Assembly (NCBI RefSeq): GCF_004010195.1
Contig: NC_057718.1
Span: 10,716,460-10,780,459, forward strand
Length of the DNA stretch: 64,000 nucleotides
Source: Chiloscyllium plagiosum
Lineage: Eukaryota
Direction: 5' to 3'
Positions 24,401 through 37,851 of this stretch are shown here, piece after piece (positions within the stretch are counted from its first letter, which is position 1; the number at the start of each line of letters is the position of its first letter). The notes below the pieces were generated by a model. It was not told where the DNA came from, ran no database searches, and saw only the letters and a list, made by a program, of their open reading frames with translations. The translations under genes and the position numbers were made by a program.

Positions 24401-25025
24401 CACATCCACTATGTCCTTCTCTTTTGTGAATACTGATACAAAATATTCATTAAGGATCTCACCCACTTCCTCCATCTCCATGAATAATTCCCTCTTTTGT
24501 CCTTGTGTGGACCTACCCTTACCCTAGCTACCCTCTTGCTCCTTATATTCGTTTAAAAGCCCTTGGGATTTTCCTTAATTCTGTTTGCCAAGGACATTTC
24601 ACACATTCTTTTAACTCTCCTGACTTCCTGTTTAAGTTCTTTCTTTAAATGTGGGATCACTTAAATAACGACCAGAATCAGGGAATGGCAAAAATAGCCT
24701 CTTTTATTCAGCAGTCACAGCACAGTTAAATACAGCAACAGAATCCCGAAATACAGTTCTTACAAAAGCCTCTTTATACACAGTTCTTACATATATTAAA
24801 ATTCCATTACTAGTAACTTTTTTATCTATAGTAGACAAAGGTTTGAGGGGCTTCTGTTCAGGGAGACAGGCAATGGGTTAAATTATGTGCTAAATGATGG
24901 CTGATACTTCTTAAGAGTGTCTTTCTGGTTGCTTGCATAATTCAGAGGTGTTAGTCCTTTTGTCTTTTAAGTTAAGCAAATGTTAGTAAAACTACCGAGG
25001 CCTATATGCTCTAAATAAGTTACGA

Positions 25026-25745
25026 TGTGGAGGTGCTGGTGTTGGACTGGGGTGAACAAAGTTAAAAATCACTCAACACCAGATTTCATCCAACAGGTTA
25101 ACTTGGAATCACTAGCTTTCGAAGCGCCATTCCTTTAACAGGTGGTTGTGGATTATATGATCACAGAATTTATAGCCAAAGGAGTCCAGTGTCGTGGAGA
25201 TGTGATACATTAAACAATTTTAGATTAAATCTTTTAGAATGGGATATGCTTGTTTCTGTTCTTTGATATGTAAATCCCAGAACTTCTTTTAAATTACATT
25301 CTCAAGATAGCTCAGCTTTCTAACAATAGGTGTGAAGTCTGTCTGTGTACCAATGCTGAGTCAGACTGACAAGCCCTCTGCATTGTTTTACAGAGTTTTA
25401 TATGGGTTCATACAGTTTTTGAGCAAAATAAAAGATAATTCTGCAAAAACAAATTCACCCCATAAACATATGTGTGTGCATGTAGGAGCGGAAGAGTGAG
25501 TGTACATGTGAGTGTGCGCGTGTGGGTGTGACCGCTCGTGATAAAGTTTGTGTGCGTAAGCTTGGTTAAGTGTGTGAGTGTGATGGGGTATGTATGTGTC
25601 TATGAGAGGGTGTGTCTGTGCGTGTGGGTGAGAGTGGAGGGGGTGTATGTGTGTGCATATGAGAGACAGCTTGTGTATGAGAGAGGGTCTACATGGGTGT
25701 GTGAGTATGTACGAGTGTGTGTGTGAGACAGAGTGTATCGTGCAG
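25026..25745 (-). mobile_element. PLE-like 3' non-coding region (family B) including a degenerate (TG)n tract at 25470-25735
   Basis: Reverse-strand homolog of 77-573. Confidence 0.7.
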
Positions 25746-25749
25746 TGTC

Positions 25750-26200
25750 TGTCTTTAGTTTCCTCAACCTTACATGAACATTTATTTAAACTAAGCTCAA
25801 AATTGCTCATCATCCAAGATTCCAAAATCTTGCCACCGTTGTCCTTCACTTTCATATGAATATGCTGATCCTGAATTCTAATCAGCTGACCTTTAAAACT
25901 CACGATATAGATTTACCCTCAAGGAGTGACCTCCCCAATCTAAATTCCCCAGTTCCTGCCGAATATTATTGTCAGCCTTCACCCAATTTAGAACTTTCAC
26001 CTGAGGACTGCTCTTATGTTTATCCACAAGAACTTCCATCCCCTGGCCAGGCTCATTCTGCTATTACCAGGTCTAGAATGCCCCTTTTCCTGGTTAGATT
26101 TTTACATATTGCTTCAAGAATCCCTCTTGAATGCACCTAACAAATTCTGCGCTCAACATCCATGCCCCTAGCATGAAGGGAGTCCCCAGTCAATACAGAG
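25750..26200 (-). mobile_element. CR1 ORF2 fragment
   Basis: Reverse-strand homolog of 3800-4220. Confidence 0.7.
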
Positions 26201-26209
26201 AAATATATC

Positions 26210-26648
26210 AGATTCTGGATTAGTGGTGCTCTCCACCTTTCAGGCACTCTGCCTGTATTCCTGATGAAGGGCTTTTGCCCAAACGTCGATTTTACTGCTC
26301 CTCGGATGCTGCCTGAAATGCGATAGGTTTCTCCAGTTTCCTCATTTCCCCTCCCCCCACCTCAGTTCCAACCCTCGAACTCAGCACCGCCTTCCTAACC
26401 TGTAATCTTCTTCCTGACCTCTCCGCCCCCACCTCCACTCCGGCCTATCACCCTCACCTTAACCTCCTTCCACCTATCACATTTCCAACGCCCCTCCCCC
26501 AAGTCCTTCCTCCCTACCTTTTATCTTAGCCTGCTGGACACACTTTCCTCATTCCTGAAGAAGGGCTCAGGCCCGAAACGTCGATTCTCCTGTTCCTTGG
26601 ATGCTGACTGACCTGCTGCGCTTTTCCAGCAACACATTTTCAGCTCTG
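26210..26648 (+). mobile_element. Composite of two PLE pseudo-LTR fragments (family A) with hammerhead cores
   Basis: CTGATGA near 26261 and CTGAAGA at 26555 followed by gggc..gcccGAAACGTCgattc. Confidence 0.8.
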
Positions 26649-27539
26649 TTCTTCCTCTTAGCCTTACTGGCCTTAGTCTCTATCTTCCTCAGTCATTTCA
26701 CTTGTTGACTTACTGCTCAGGTTCCAAGCCCCTGCCAGACTAAAAACTCAGTGCTTTGGCTGAGAACACAGCAAAACATTTCAAAATCATAGACAACTGC
26801 TAGTAAATCACCACTGATTAGCAGTCTAGCTTCCACTTAGGAAGATGAAACAAACAAAAACAAAAATTGCTGGTGAAACTCAGCAGGTCCGGCATCATCT
26901 GTGAAGAGAAAACAGAGTTAATGCTTCCAAATTCAGTGACACTTCTTTAGCCCTCTTTCTGAATGTTAACTCTGATTTGTGATTACACATGGGGCTGCAA
27001 AACAGCCCTAATCATTACTGAAAGCAAAATGTAAGACAGAAAACAGCAAGCCTTGCCAGAAGAAACAAATACCAAGAACAAAAATGCGTAGTACAATCCA
27101 CTTGAGTTCATTGAGGAATCTTTAACTGAAGTTGTTCAGATGGCAAAACAATATGGTGAACAAACAAATATAGAAGATTTGATATTGATGTCATATAATG
27201 AAATGACACAGGTTTATGGAGCTACATTTCAATCCTTTATCTTCCAAACAAGAATTATTAATACCAGTGTCAGAGAAAATGGCAGGTTAACAGAAAACAT
27301 CCAGTAAAATGACTGAGGATGTGTAATTCGCCAGAAAGACATCCATAGAGAGTGACTGAAATTGTCCAACCTTGTCAACAAATTGAAATAAAATACAGAT
27401 GCATCAGATTGAGAATGAGGTTTTGCTTGCACAAAATAAAGAAGATCTGCAAACAACCTCATTGAAGTCAGATCAATGCCCACAGATTTAGGATACTAAA
27501 TTTTTTTTTAAATTGGCTCAGCAATCCTGGAGACTGCAA

Positions 27540-28625
27540 AACAGAATAGATCCACAGCAGATGCCATCTCCCTGGACCAACACACATCCCTTAAATATCT
27601 TGACAACAAGAATACCTACATCAGACTCTTACTTTATAGACTTTAGCTTCACCTTCAACAATATAATTCAAACAAATCTCATCTCCAAACTCTGAGACCT
27701 AAGATTTTGCTCCCCCTTTTGTACCTGGATCCTAGACTTCCTGACCCACAGACCACAATCAATAAGGATAGCCTACCACACCTCCTCCAAAATAATCTTC
27801 AACATTGGTATCCTACAAGGCTGCATACTCCACTCCTTGATGTACTCCTTATACACTCACGACTGTGTGGCTAAATTCAGTTCTAACTCCATGTACAAAC
27901 TTGATGATGACATCACCATAGTAGGTTAGATCTTAAGTAATGACAAGACAGAGTACAGAAAGGAGATAGCCAGTTTAGTGGCATGGTGTAAAGATCACAA
28001 TCACTCCCTCAGTGTCAGCAAAATGAAGGAGCTTGTCATTGACTTCAGGAAGCAGAGTGGAGGACACACACCTGTCTATATCAATGGTGTTGAGATGGAG
28101 ATGTTGAGAGTTCCAAGTTCCTAGGAGTAAATGCAACCAATGATCTATCCAGGTCCATCCATGTCAATGATACATGTTAAGAAAGCACACCAATGTCTCT
28201 ACTCCTCAGAAGGCTAAGAAAATTTAACCTGTCCACAATGACTCTTACCAATTTTTATGGATGCACCACAGAAAGCATCCTATCCAGATGGATCACAGCT
28301 TGGTATGGCAATTGCTTTGCCCAAGACCACAAGAAATTACAGCGAGTTGTGAATGCAGCCGAGTCCATCATGAAAACAAGCCTTCCTTCCATTGACTCCA
28401 GCTACACTTCCCACTGCCTTGGGAAAGCAACCAACATAATCAGAAACCGCTCCAACCCTGGCTATACTGTCTTCCATCGTCTTTCATCTTGTAAAAGATA
28501 CAAAAGTTTGAAAATACATACCAACAGATTTAAGAGCTGCTTCTTCCCCACTTATCAGACTTATGAACAGACCTCTCACATATTAGAGTTGATCTAATAG
28601 GTGTAACACTATATTATGCATTGTG
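27540..28625 (+). mobile_element. Rex1/Babar-type LINE, RT and 3' region, decayed
   Basis: YTHDCVAKF...DDDITIVG motif near 27850-27930; ORF LLRRLRKF...ESILSRWITAWYGNC...KKLQRVV. Confidence 0.85.
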
Positions 28626-29259
28626 TTCTAATTTCATTTTTCTAATTTATACCTAAGACTTTGTACCTAAGTATCCTTACCTAACATGGTGCTGGAAATG
28701 GTGACTTTGTACACTTTCGCTGTACTCATGTATACCTGTACTTGAGTACATGACAATAAACGTAATTCAAATTCTATTACCCTGATTTACCCTAAGTAAG
28801 ATGAGATTTGTCTGGTTAGCATGCAAAACAATACTTTTCACGATAAGTTGTTACATGTGACGATAATAAGTCTGATTAAATCAAATAAAAAGTACTCATT
28901 TCCATGGAGCTACCATCTTCCATGATGGGCATTCATGAGATCCCAGGTCCCCCAGCTGATGTTACAGGGCAGCAGCTTGAGTTAATTGGGAAGAATTCCT
29001 CTGTGAAGAAAATTCAGGAGATTAAGGATCCTTCAGATAAGGGAATGGACCAAATATCAGGTTTAGAAGGAATAAAAAGTTCCAGGTTGTCTGCGAGAGA
29101 GATATTTAACCCGGGTGAACTGTCTCTCGTGTGCTCATTTAGTATATGCTCCTAAATCCAACAAACAAATCTAACAAGCCATTAGCAGCCTAGTTAGAAA
29201 GGAGAAAGTGAAACTGATAATGGTTTTCAACACACTAAATCTACTCAAGTTTAGGAGAG

Positions 29260-30510
29260 GTGGTGAAACAGTTTTTCTGTGACTGGTTTAGTAATCCAGA
29301 GGTACAGGCTTATACTTTGGGGACATCGGTTCAAATCCCATTGCTGCAGCTGGAGGAATTTAAATTCAGTTAAAAGCTAGTTTCAATAATGGTGACCATG
29401 AAACCATTGTAGTTATCATTATAAAGAGCCGTCTAGTTCACAACATTCTTTAGGGAAGAAATTCTCCCAACTTTACTTAGTCTGGTCTGGCCTTTCATAT
29501 GATTCCAAACTCATGGAAATGTGGATGTAGGTTTGCTCGCTGAGCTGGAAGGTTCATGTGGCTGGTTGATGTTCATGTATCCTGGTGGCTAGTTTTCTGC
29601 CTGTTTGCCCAATGTAGTGTTTGTTACAGTCCTTGCACGATATTTTGTAAATAACATTAGTTTTGCTTGTGAACACAGCAACAACCCCAAACAAGCAGAT
29701 AAAACACGTCCAGAAACCCTAGCCACTCTCCCCTACACCAAAGACATCTCGGAAATGCCTGCCAGACTACTCAGACCCCTTGGCATCATGGTAGCCCACA
29801 AACCCACCAACACACTAAAAACAGCAGCTAATGAACTTGAAAGACCCTATACAGACAACAAGCAAAATTAATGTTATTTACAAAATACTGTGCAAGGACT
29901 GTAACAAACACTACATTAGACAAACAGGCAGAAAACTAGCCACCAGGATACATGAACATCAACTAACCACAAAAATGACATGACCCTCTCTCACTAGTAT
30001 CCTCACATACACCACTTTGACTGGGACAACACATCCATCGTAGGACAAGCCAAATGGAGACATGCACGAGAATTCCTAAAAGAATGACATTCCAACCGGA
30101 ACTCTATCAACAAACACATCAAGTTAGACCCCATCTACCACCCCCTGAGAAAAAGAACTGGAAATGATATCACCACAGGAAATTATGTCACCACAGGAAA
30201 TGTCATCATCAACCCAAAGAAACCCAAACATATCAACAGAAAGCAGGAATTATCAACAGTGCTTTGCCCAGAGGCCCACTGAAGATGTTACCTAGTACAG
30301 AGATGAAACATGTGTAAATGAATCTTCCAGCTCAGCGAGCAAACCTACATCCAGAACCTCAATCTGAGCTACAAATCTTCTGAAAACTCATTGAAATGTG
30401 GTTGACTCTTAATTGCCCTCAGTAGCCTCACAATCCACTCAATTCAATTCAGTTTGGGACGAGCTGCCCTTGCTGGTGCTGCCCACATCCAATTGAAGAA
30501 TAAAGGAAAG
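29260..30510 (+). mobile_element. Old tRNA-derived SINE (29260-29524 and 30393-30510) split by a PLE
   Basis: ggttcaaatccc B-box-like motif at about 29328; gaaatgtgg duplicated at 29516 and 30393. Confidence 0.7.
29525..30392 (+). mobile_element. Penelope-like element 3' part (GIY-YIG endonuclease and pseudo-LTR, family C-related) with 5' inverted segments
   Basis: TLPYTKDISE...AHKPTNTLK, then VIYKILCKDCNKHYIRQTGRKLATRIHEHQL (GIY-YIG-like). 29525-29670 is an inverted copy of downstream parts; degenerate CTGAAGA...GAAA at 30279-30308. Confidence 0.88.
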
Positions 30511-31619
30511 CTCAAGTAACTTTCTTTTACAAAATGTTGGAACAGAAGAAAATCATTCTGCCATTTAATTCAATTGCTGCTGATTTCATCTACTTCTCTT
30601 GGAATTATTTAACACCTCTAACTAGTAAAAATTTATCCATCTCAGTCTTGAGGTTCTGCAGCCTATGTTTACAGAATGGATTGCAATTTTTCATTACCCC
30701 TTATCGGAAGAAATGATCGATAATATTACTCTCCAAAGACTTAGCTCTAATTTTATGGTTGTGCCTTCTTGTTGTGGACTCTATCCCCTCTCACCTGGAG
30801 CTCCTGTATTCTTTATCAACCCTCATTGCTTCTTGTTGACGTCAGATCATCATCTGACATAAGGTTGTATAAATTTCTGAACTACCCCCTGTATCTATAT
30901 TTACCAAATTGCTGATTGCTCTTTTTTGTGCAGAGGCTGCAGAGAAAAAAACAACTGAACTGGAACCAATTTTGCTTTGATGTATCAGGCCACCCACACA
31001 AAGCAGCAGTGATTGTAACTATGGAGAAGACTGTGCCCTGGGTAATTGTTATCCCAGTTGCAGATGGAAGTGGAGCCTGGGTTATAAATAAACTGCAGAG
31101 CTTGTGTCAGAGACAAGTTAATATGTTTTGTAGTATGTAGATCTGTTTATAAACTTACGGGGGACATCTACTGGTTGTTTAAGATATTAATATCTAGTAA
31201 ATACCACCAATAATTCCCTATTTGAAGAAACAAAAGACTTGCTTTTATCAAGTTGACTACTATTCCAGTTGATACTGTCCACATCTTGGAAATATTCTGA
31301 TGTTCAAATGCATTAAATCTGGCATTTGCAGAGTGACTTTCACGATATTGTGACAATTCAAAGTATTTTACAACTGAAGTACTTTACAAGTATAGTTACT
31401 GTTGTCATAATAATAATCTTAGATATGGTACTAAAGGAAATACATAGTATTCATTTAATAAAGACTGTTCTATGAAAATAATGCAGTTTTAGCAATAACG
31501 CAGAATAGATATCACTAATAAAATGACTTACAATGTGTTAACATGTCCTAAATACAAGATTCATTTGTCAGCTGATTATCAGTAATGTTAGTCAAACATG
31601 GGCAAAGTAACCTCCTCCT

Positions 31620-33360
31620 GATAACCACATGCTGACCACCCATTCCACCCCCATGGATCATAACCTTTCCATGTTGAACATCAGTTAGAAGAAGCACTGA
31701 TAGTGGCAAGGTCACAGAACACACCCAGGTTAGGGACTTCACTGTCACTTCATCAAATGTGGTTTGATAGCACCACTATCTGCTGAGCTGGTTGAGTCCC
31801 AATAGGGTATTAATACAAGACTGGGTCTACAATAGGCCACGTGGTAAGTAACAAGAGGGAAAACCTACTTGACTTTGTCCTCATCAGTCTACTTGTTGCA
31901 GAGGGATACATCCATCACAGTTTTGGCAGAAGTGACCACCACAGAGTCCTTGTGAAGAAAATATGCTGTCCTCACATTAAAGATACGCTCCATGTTGTGT
32001 GGCATGACCATCATGCTACCAATGGATCAGATCAGATCTAAGCTTTGTAGTCCTGCACCACCCAGTCATCAATGATGATTGACAATGAAGCAATTAATGA
32101 CCTTACATAAATATCCCTTAAGGACAAGCATGCCCAGCATATTAATGCATAGAATAAAGCTGATGCATTTCCAACCATTTTTAACAAGAAGCTCTGAGTG
32201 ATCAATCTCAGATTTTTCTTTTATAATAAGAACCAAGGTTGAAGACCAAAATGCTGCAACTCCTAGGCAGCTGGAATGGCTGCTGATTATGAGCTAATTC
32301 ATAAAATAAAACCTATTGTCTGTCACCACATTAACTGAGAAGGATGGAGGATGGGAGATTAAAAGGTAGACAAGTAACCAGGGTAAAGAAGGGTGGCTGC
32401 TAGTCTTCAATCAATTTGACTTACTCCACTTAAGGAGAAAGTGAGGTCTGCAGATGCTGGAGATCAGAGCTGAAAATGTGTTGCTGGAAAAGCGCAGCAG
32501 GTCAGGCAGCATCCAGGGAACAGGAGAATCGACGTTTCGGGCATAAGCCCTTCTTCAGGAATGGGAAGGCTTATGCCCGAAACGTCGATTCTCCTGTTCC
32601 CTGGATGCTGCCTGACCTGCTGCGCTTTTCCAGCAACACATTTTCAGCTCTTACTCTACTTAAGATCAAGAATTAGCTGAAGACACTGGATTCTGCAAAG
32701 GACAAGGATCCTGCCAACATTGTAGAAATGACACTGAAGACTTGTACTCCAGTATTAGTTTCACCCCGTTCCAGCACAGCTACAATATTGGCATCTGGTC
32801 AATAACATGGTAAATTGCTCAGGTATTCCTTGTCTACAAAAAAGTAGGACAAATCCAACCTGGCCAATCACTGCTCCATCAATCTTCTTGATCATAAGCA
32901 AAGTAATAGGAGAGGTGTCGACAGTGCTATAAACCAGATTTTGCTCAGCAGTGACCTGCTCACTGACACTGAGTTTGAGTTCTGTCAGGGCTACTCAGTT
33001 CTTGACCTCACTATAGCCTTGATCCAAAAGGCAAGGTCAGAGGTACTACCCTCAAAATCAAGGCAGCATTTGACTGAGTGTGACATCAAGTCGTCCAAAA
33101 AAATTCAAGTCATTGCAAATCAAGGAGTAAATTCTCTGCTGCTTGGAGTCATAACTAGCACAAAGAAAGATGGTGATAGATGTTGGATGTCAGTCATCTC
33201 AGTTTCAAGATACCTCTGCAGGTGTTCCTCAGGGTAGCATCTGAAACCCTAACCATCCTCAGCTACTTCATCAGCAATCTTTCCTCTGTCATAAGTTCAG
33301 AAGTTGGGGATGTTTATGAATGTTCAATGTTGCACATTGTTCAGCACTTTTCAGATTTGA
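31620..33360 (+). mobile_element. Highly decayed LINE (CR1/L2 group) fragments
   Basis: NLLDFVL...SDHH endonuclease-like motif near 31860-31945; gacaaatccaacctggccaat and PQG-like RT remnants at 32850-33300. Confidence 0.55.
32434..32650. mobile_element. Palindromic mini-PLE (family A)
   Basis: 32467-32549 inverts to 32568-32650; ttactc(c/t)acttaag-like direct repeat on both sides. Confidence 0.88.
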
Positions 33361-33699
33361 AACAGTCCATATGCAAGTTTTTAACTTGTACCCTGTACCC
33401 CATGGTCGATTGCAATATTTTATCACATGCCTTCTAAAGTCCATGTACATCACATCAACAGCACTGCCCTGAACAACCCTCTATTATCTTTCAAAACACG
33501 CTAGTAAATTAGTTTAACTAACTGATTTATAGTTGCTTGGCTTATACTTACAACTTTTTCTGAACAAAAAGCATAACGTTCACTGGAACCCCTCTGACTA
33601 AAGATGACTGAAAATTATAATGACTGCCTTTATAATTTCCAAGCTCATTTTTCTCAGTTTGCTTGAATGGATCTCATCTGTTTCACAATCTTGTCATTT

Positions 33700-34763
33700 T
33701 ATCTACAAACCCACCGACTCCCACAGCTACCTGGATTACACCTCTTCCCACCCTACCTCTTGCAAAAATGCCATCCCGTATTCCCAATTACTCCGCCTCC
33801 GCCGTATCTGCTCCCAGGAGGACCAGTTCCGCCATAGAACACACCAGATGGCCTCCTTCTTTAGAGACCGCAATTTCCCTTCCCACGTGGTTAAAGATGC
33901 CCTCCAACGCATCTCACCCACATCCCGCACCTCCGCCCTCAGACCCAACCCCACCAACCGCAACAAGGACAGAACGCCCATGGTGCTCACCTTCCACCCT
34001 ACCAACCTTCGCATAAACCAAATCATCCGCCGACATTTCCGCCACCTCCAAACAGACCCCACCACCAGGGATATATTCCCCNNNNNNNNNNNNNNNNNNN
34101 NNNNNNNNNNNNNNNNNNNNNNNNNNNNNNNNNNNNNNNNNNNNNNNNNNNNNNNNNNNNNNNNNNNNNNNNNNNNNNNNNNNNNNNNNNNNNNNNNNNN
34201 NNNNNNNNNNNNNNNNNNNNNNNNNNNNNNNNNNNNNNNNNNNNNNNNNNNNNNNNNNNNNNNNNNNNNNNNNNNNNNNNNNNNNNNNNNNNNNNNNNNN
34301 NNNNNNNNNNNNNNNNNNNNNNNNNNNNNNNNNNNNNNNNNNNNNNNNNNNNNNNNNNNNNNNNNNNNNNNNNNNNNNNNNNNNNNNNNNNNNNNNNNNN
34401 NNNNNNNNNNNNNNNNNNNNNNNNNNNNNNNNNNNNNNNNNNNNNNNNNNNNNNNNNNNNNNNNNNNNNNCTCCTTTTCCACCTATCCACTCCACCCTCT
34501 CCTCCCTGACCTATCACCTTCATCTCCTCCCCCACTCACCTATTGTACTCTATGCTACTCTCTCCCCACCCCTACCCTCCTCTAGCTTATCTTTCCACGC
34601 TTCAGGCTCATTGCCTTTATTCCTGATGAAGGGCTTTTGCCCGAAACGCGATTTTGCCTGTCCTCGGATTTTGCCTGTCCTCGGATGCTGCCTGAACTGC
34701 TGTGCTCTTCCAGCACCACTGATCCAGAATCTGGTTTCCAGCATCTGCAGTCATTGTTTTTAC
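33700..34763 (+). mobile_element. Penelope-like element, RT C-terminal region to pseudo-LTR, spanning a gap
   Basis: Open frame YKPTDSHSYLDYTSSHPTSCKNAIPYSQLLRLRRICS...LTFHPTN; family A pseudo-LTR at 34471-34763. Confidence 0.9.
34082..34470. other. Assembly gap (389 N)
   Basis: Run of N. Confidence 1.
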
Positions 34764-35195
34764 CTAAGTGGCAGATAGAGTTCAACCTGGAGAAGTATGA
34801 AGGTCGCATGCGAATGCAATTAGGGTAGTTCTCTGTCACTCACACTTTACCAGATTCCAAGGAGCGATGAGCTTTTCTGTGTGTTTGGTTTAAGTTAGCG
34901 GAGGGGTTTACCCTGAATCACAATACCATTCTTACCCCTTTGATGTTGATGTCTTTCAATTAAATTACACTACGACTATCTCAGTTTATATTTGGATAAA
35001 AAAAGGTCCCCCGAGTAGCTACTCTCAGAAATTACATTTATCTATGCTCAGAAATTACAGAGAGTTCAATTATTGCCATTTACTTCCTCATTCTTTTAAC
35101 TGTTGGGTTGGTCGCACAGCACTTAAGTGACTTTAAGTTAAATCACATACAGTATAAGTTGTATGAAACCATAATAGGAATGATGACAAGCCAAA

Positions 35196-35502
35196 GGGCA
35201 GCACCGTGGCTCAGTGGTTAGCACTGCTGCCTCACAGCACCAGGGATCCGGGTTCGATTCCAGCCTTGGGCAACTGTCTGTGCGGAGTTTGCATATTCTC
35301 CCTGTGTCTGCATGGGTTTCCTGCCACAATCTGAAGATGTGCAAATTAGGTGACTTGGCCATGCTAAATTGCCCGTGGTGTTCAGGGATGTGTAGGTTAG
35401 GGGCAAATATAGGGTAGGGGTCTGGGTGGGTTACTCTTCAGAGGGTCGGTGTGGATTTGTTGGGCCAAAGGGCCTGTTTCCACACTGTAGGTATTGTATT
35501 CT
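35196..35502 (+). mobile_element. HE1-type V-SINE (diverged subfamily)
   Basis: A box tggctcagtgg, B box ggttcgattcc, V core, tail. Confidence 0.9.
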
Positions 35503-35605
35503 AACTATTGCTTTATTACCTGGAGCTCACGTGGAATTTATTGTCACATGTACCAAGGCACAGTGAAAAGCTTTGTCTTGTGAGTAATACAGGTTGTCCA
35601 CATAG

Positions 35606-35955
35606 TTAGAGTCATAGAGATGTAGAGCATGGAAACAGGCCCTTCGGTCCAACCTGTCCATGCCGACCAGACATCCCAATCCAATCTAGTCCCACCTGCC
35701 AGCACCCGGCCTATATCTCTCCAAACCCTTCCTATTCATATACCCATCCAAATGCCTCTTAAATGATGCAATTGTATCAGCCTCCACCACTTCCTCTGGC
35801 AGCTCATTCCATACACGTACCAACCTCCGTGTGAAAAAGTTGCCCCTTAGGTCTCTTTTATATCTTTCCCCTCTCACCCTAAACCTATGCCCTCTCGTTC
35901 TGGACTCCCTGACCCCAGGGAAAAGACTTTGCCTCTTTACTCTATTCATGCCCCT
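35606..35955 (-). mobile_element. CR1/HER1-type LINE 3' end
   Basis: ORF RTRGHRFRVRGERYKRDLRGNFFTRRLVRVWNELP. Confidence 0.92.
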
Positions 35956-36392
35956 CCGGGCTGGAGGGATTCGGCTGAGACAAGGTGGGGGGAGGGGGGA
36001 TGAAGAAACTGGTGAAGTCAGGGTATGAACTTGGACTTCACCAGTTTCTTCATCCCCCCTCCCCCCACCTTGTCTCAGCCGAATCCCTCCAGCCCGGCAC
36101 CGCCTTCCTGACCTGCAGTCTTCTTCTTGACCTCTCCGCCTCCATCCTACTCCGACCTATCACCCTCACCTTGACCTCTTTCCACCTATCACATTTCCAA
36201 TGCCCCTCCTCCAAGTCCCTCCTCCCTACCTTTTATCTTCTCCTGCTGAACACTCTCTGCTCATTCCTGAAGAAGGGCCTGTGCCCGAAACGTCGAATCT
36301 ACTGTTCCCTGGATGCTGCCTGACCTGCTGTGCTGTTCCAGCAATAAAGTTTCAACTTTGATCTCCAGCATCTGCAGACCTCACTTTTTCCT
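35956..36392 (+). mobile_element. PLE pseudo-LTR (family A) with a 5' inverted segment and intact hammerhead motif at 36263-36298
   Basis: 35956-36019 is inverted relative to 36035-36097; attcCTGAAGAagggcctgtgcccGAAACGTCgaat. Confidence 0.88.
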
Positions 36393-37665
36393 TGACAGTG
36401 GGCCTGCTAGATGGATTCTATAGATGGGAGGTTGGCCTTTGTGATTGTCCGGGCCAAGTTCACCACTCTCTGTAACCGCCTCCGATCTTGAATGGTACAG
36501 TTACCAATCCTGAAGAAGGGCTTATGCCCGAAACGTCGATTCTCCTGCTCCTCGGATGCTGCCTGGCCTGCTGTGTTTTTCCAGCAACACATTTTTCAAC
36601 TCTGGTCTCCAGCATCTGCAGTCCTTACTTTCTCCTGGTACAGTTATCATACCAGGTAGTGATACATCCAGACAGAATGCTCTTGATGGCACACCTATAA
36701 AAGTTGGCAGGGTATTTGCTGTCATGCCAAATTTCCTCAGCTGTCTGAGGGCCTTTGTAACCAGTGCATCCACATGAAGAGTCCAAGAAAGCTTGTTGTG
36801 GATGACCACTCACAGGAGCTTGACACTCTCCACTCATTCCACCTCTGTGCTGTTAATGTATAGGGAGGCATGAGTATCATCCAGCTGAAAGTCAATAATG
36901 AGTTCCTTGGTTTTGCCCGCATGGAGAGCTAGTGTTCTCAGTGCACCATTTTTCCAAGTCTTCCACCTCCTGCCTGTAGTCTGTTTTGTCGCCATCTGAG
37001 ATTTGACTGACTATGGTCGTGTCATCAGTGAATTTGTAAATGGCATTAATCTGGTATTTGGCAACGCAGTCATGGGTATACAGCGAGTACAGTAGGGGGC
37101 TGAGCACACACCCCTGGGGGGGGCTCCAGTTTTGAGTATTAGTGAGGATGAAATATTGTCCCCAATCTTCATTGATTGTGGCCTGTGGGTCAGGAAACTG
37201 AGGATCTCGTTGCAGAGAGTGGGGCTTAGTCCAAGATCACTAAGTTTAGTAATCAGTCTCGAGGTGATAATAGTGTTGAAGGTTGAGCTGTAGTCAATGA
37301 GTAGGATTCTTACGTAGCTGCTCTTGGTGTCAAGATGTTCTAGGGAAGAGTGAAGGGCATCTGACATGGATCACTTAGTCCGATGGGTAAATTGGAGTGG
37401 GTCAAGAGTAGTGGGGAGGCTGAAGTTGATTAATGCCATGACCAGCCTTTCAAAGCACTTCATGACCACCGAAGTTAGAGCCACTGGGCGGTAGTCATTG
37501 AGACATGCTGCATGAGCCTTCTTAGGTACAGGGATGATGTTGGCCATCTTGAACAGGCAGGGACAGGGGCCTGCTGCAGGGAGAGGTTGAGGATGTCTGA
37601 GAAGACCTCTGCCAGTTGATCTGCACATGCTCCGAGTGCATGGCCTAGTACTCCATTTGGTCCAA
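36393..37665 (-). mobile_element. Rex1/Babar-type LINE, interrupted by a family A pseudo-LTR at about 36506-36635
   Basis: [51 protein letters not shown]...KFTDDTTIV; tggtacagtta repeated either side of the insert. Confidence 0.92.
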
Positions 37666-37793
37666 TCGCTTTCCTTGGAAAGTGAATGTGAGGCCAAATG
37701 ACCTACTCCTGTTCCTATTTCTTATGATCTCATTGTCTCAAGTGCCTATCCAATTTCCTTTATAAAGTATTCATCATCTGTGCTTCCATCATT

Positions 37794-37851
37794 CTTATTC
37801 CTATTCACTATATAATAAAGTCCTTATTACTATTCACGATATAATAAAGTC
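37794..37851. repeat. 29-bp tandem duplication
   Basis: cttattcctattcactatataataaagtc / cttattactattcacgatataataaagtc. Confidence 0.85.

Larger units (their letters stand above)
21440..24650 (-). mobile_element. Decayed CR1 host fragment (21440-21676, 23479-24000, 24400-24650) carrying nested insertions
   Basis: CR1 RT-like sequence on both sides of the PLE; cctcac(c/a)tttg at about 21666 and 23479. Confidence 0.7.
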
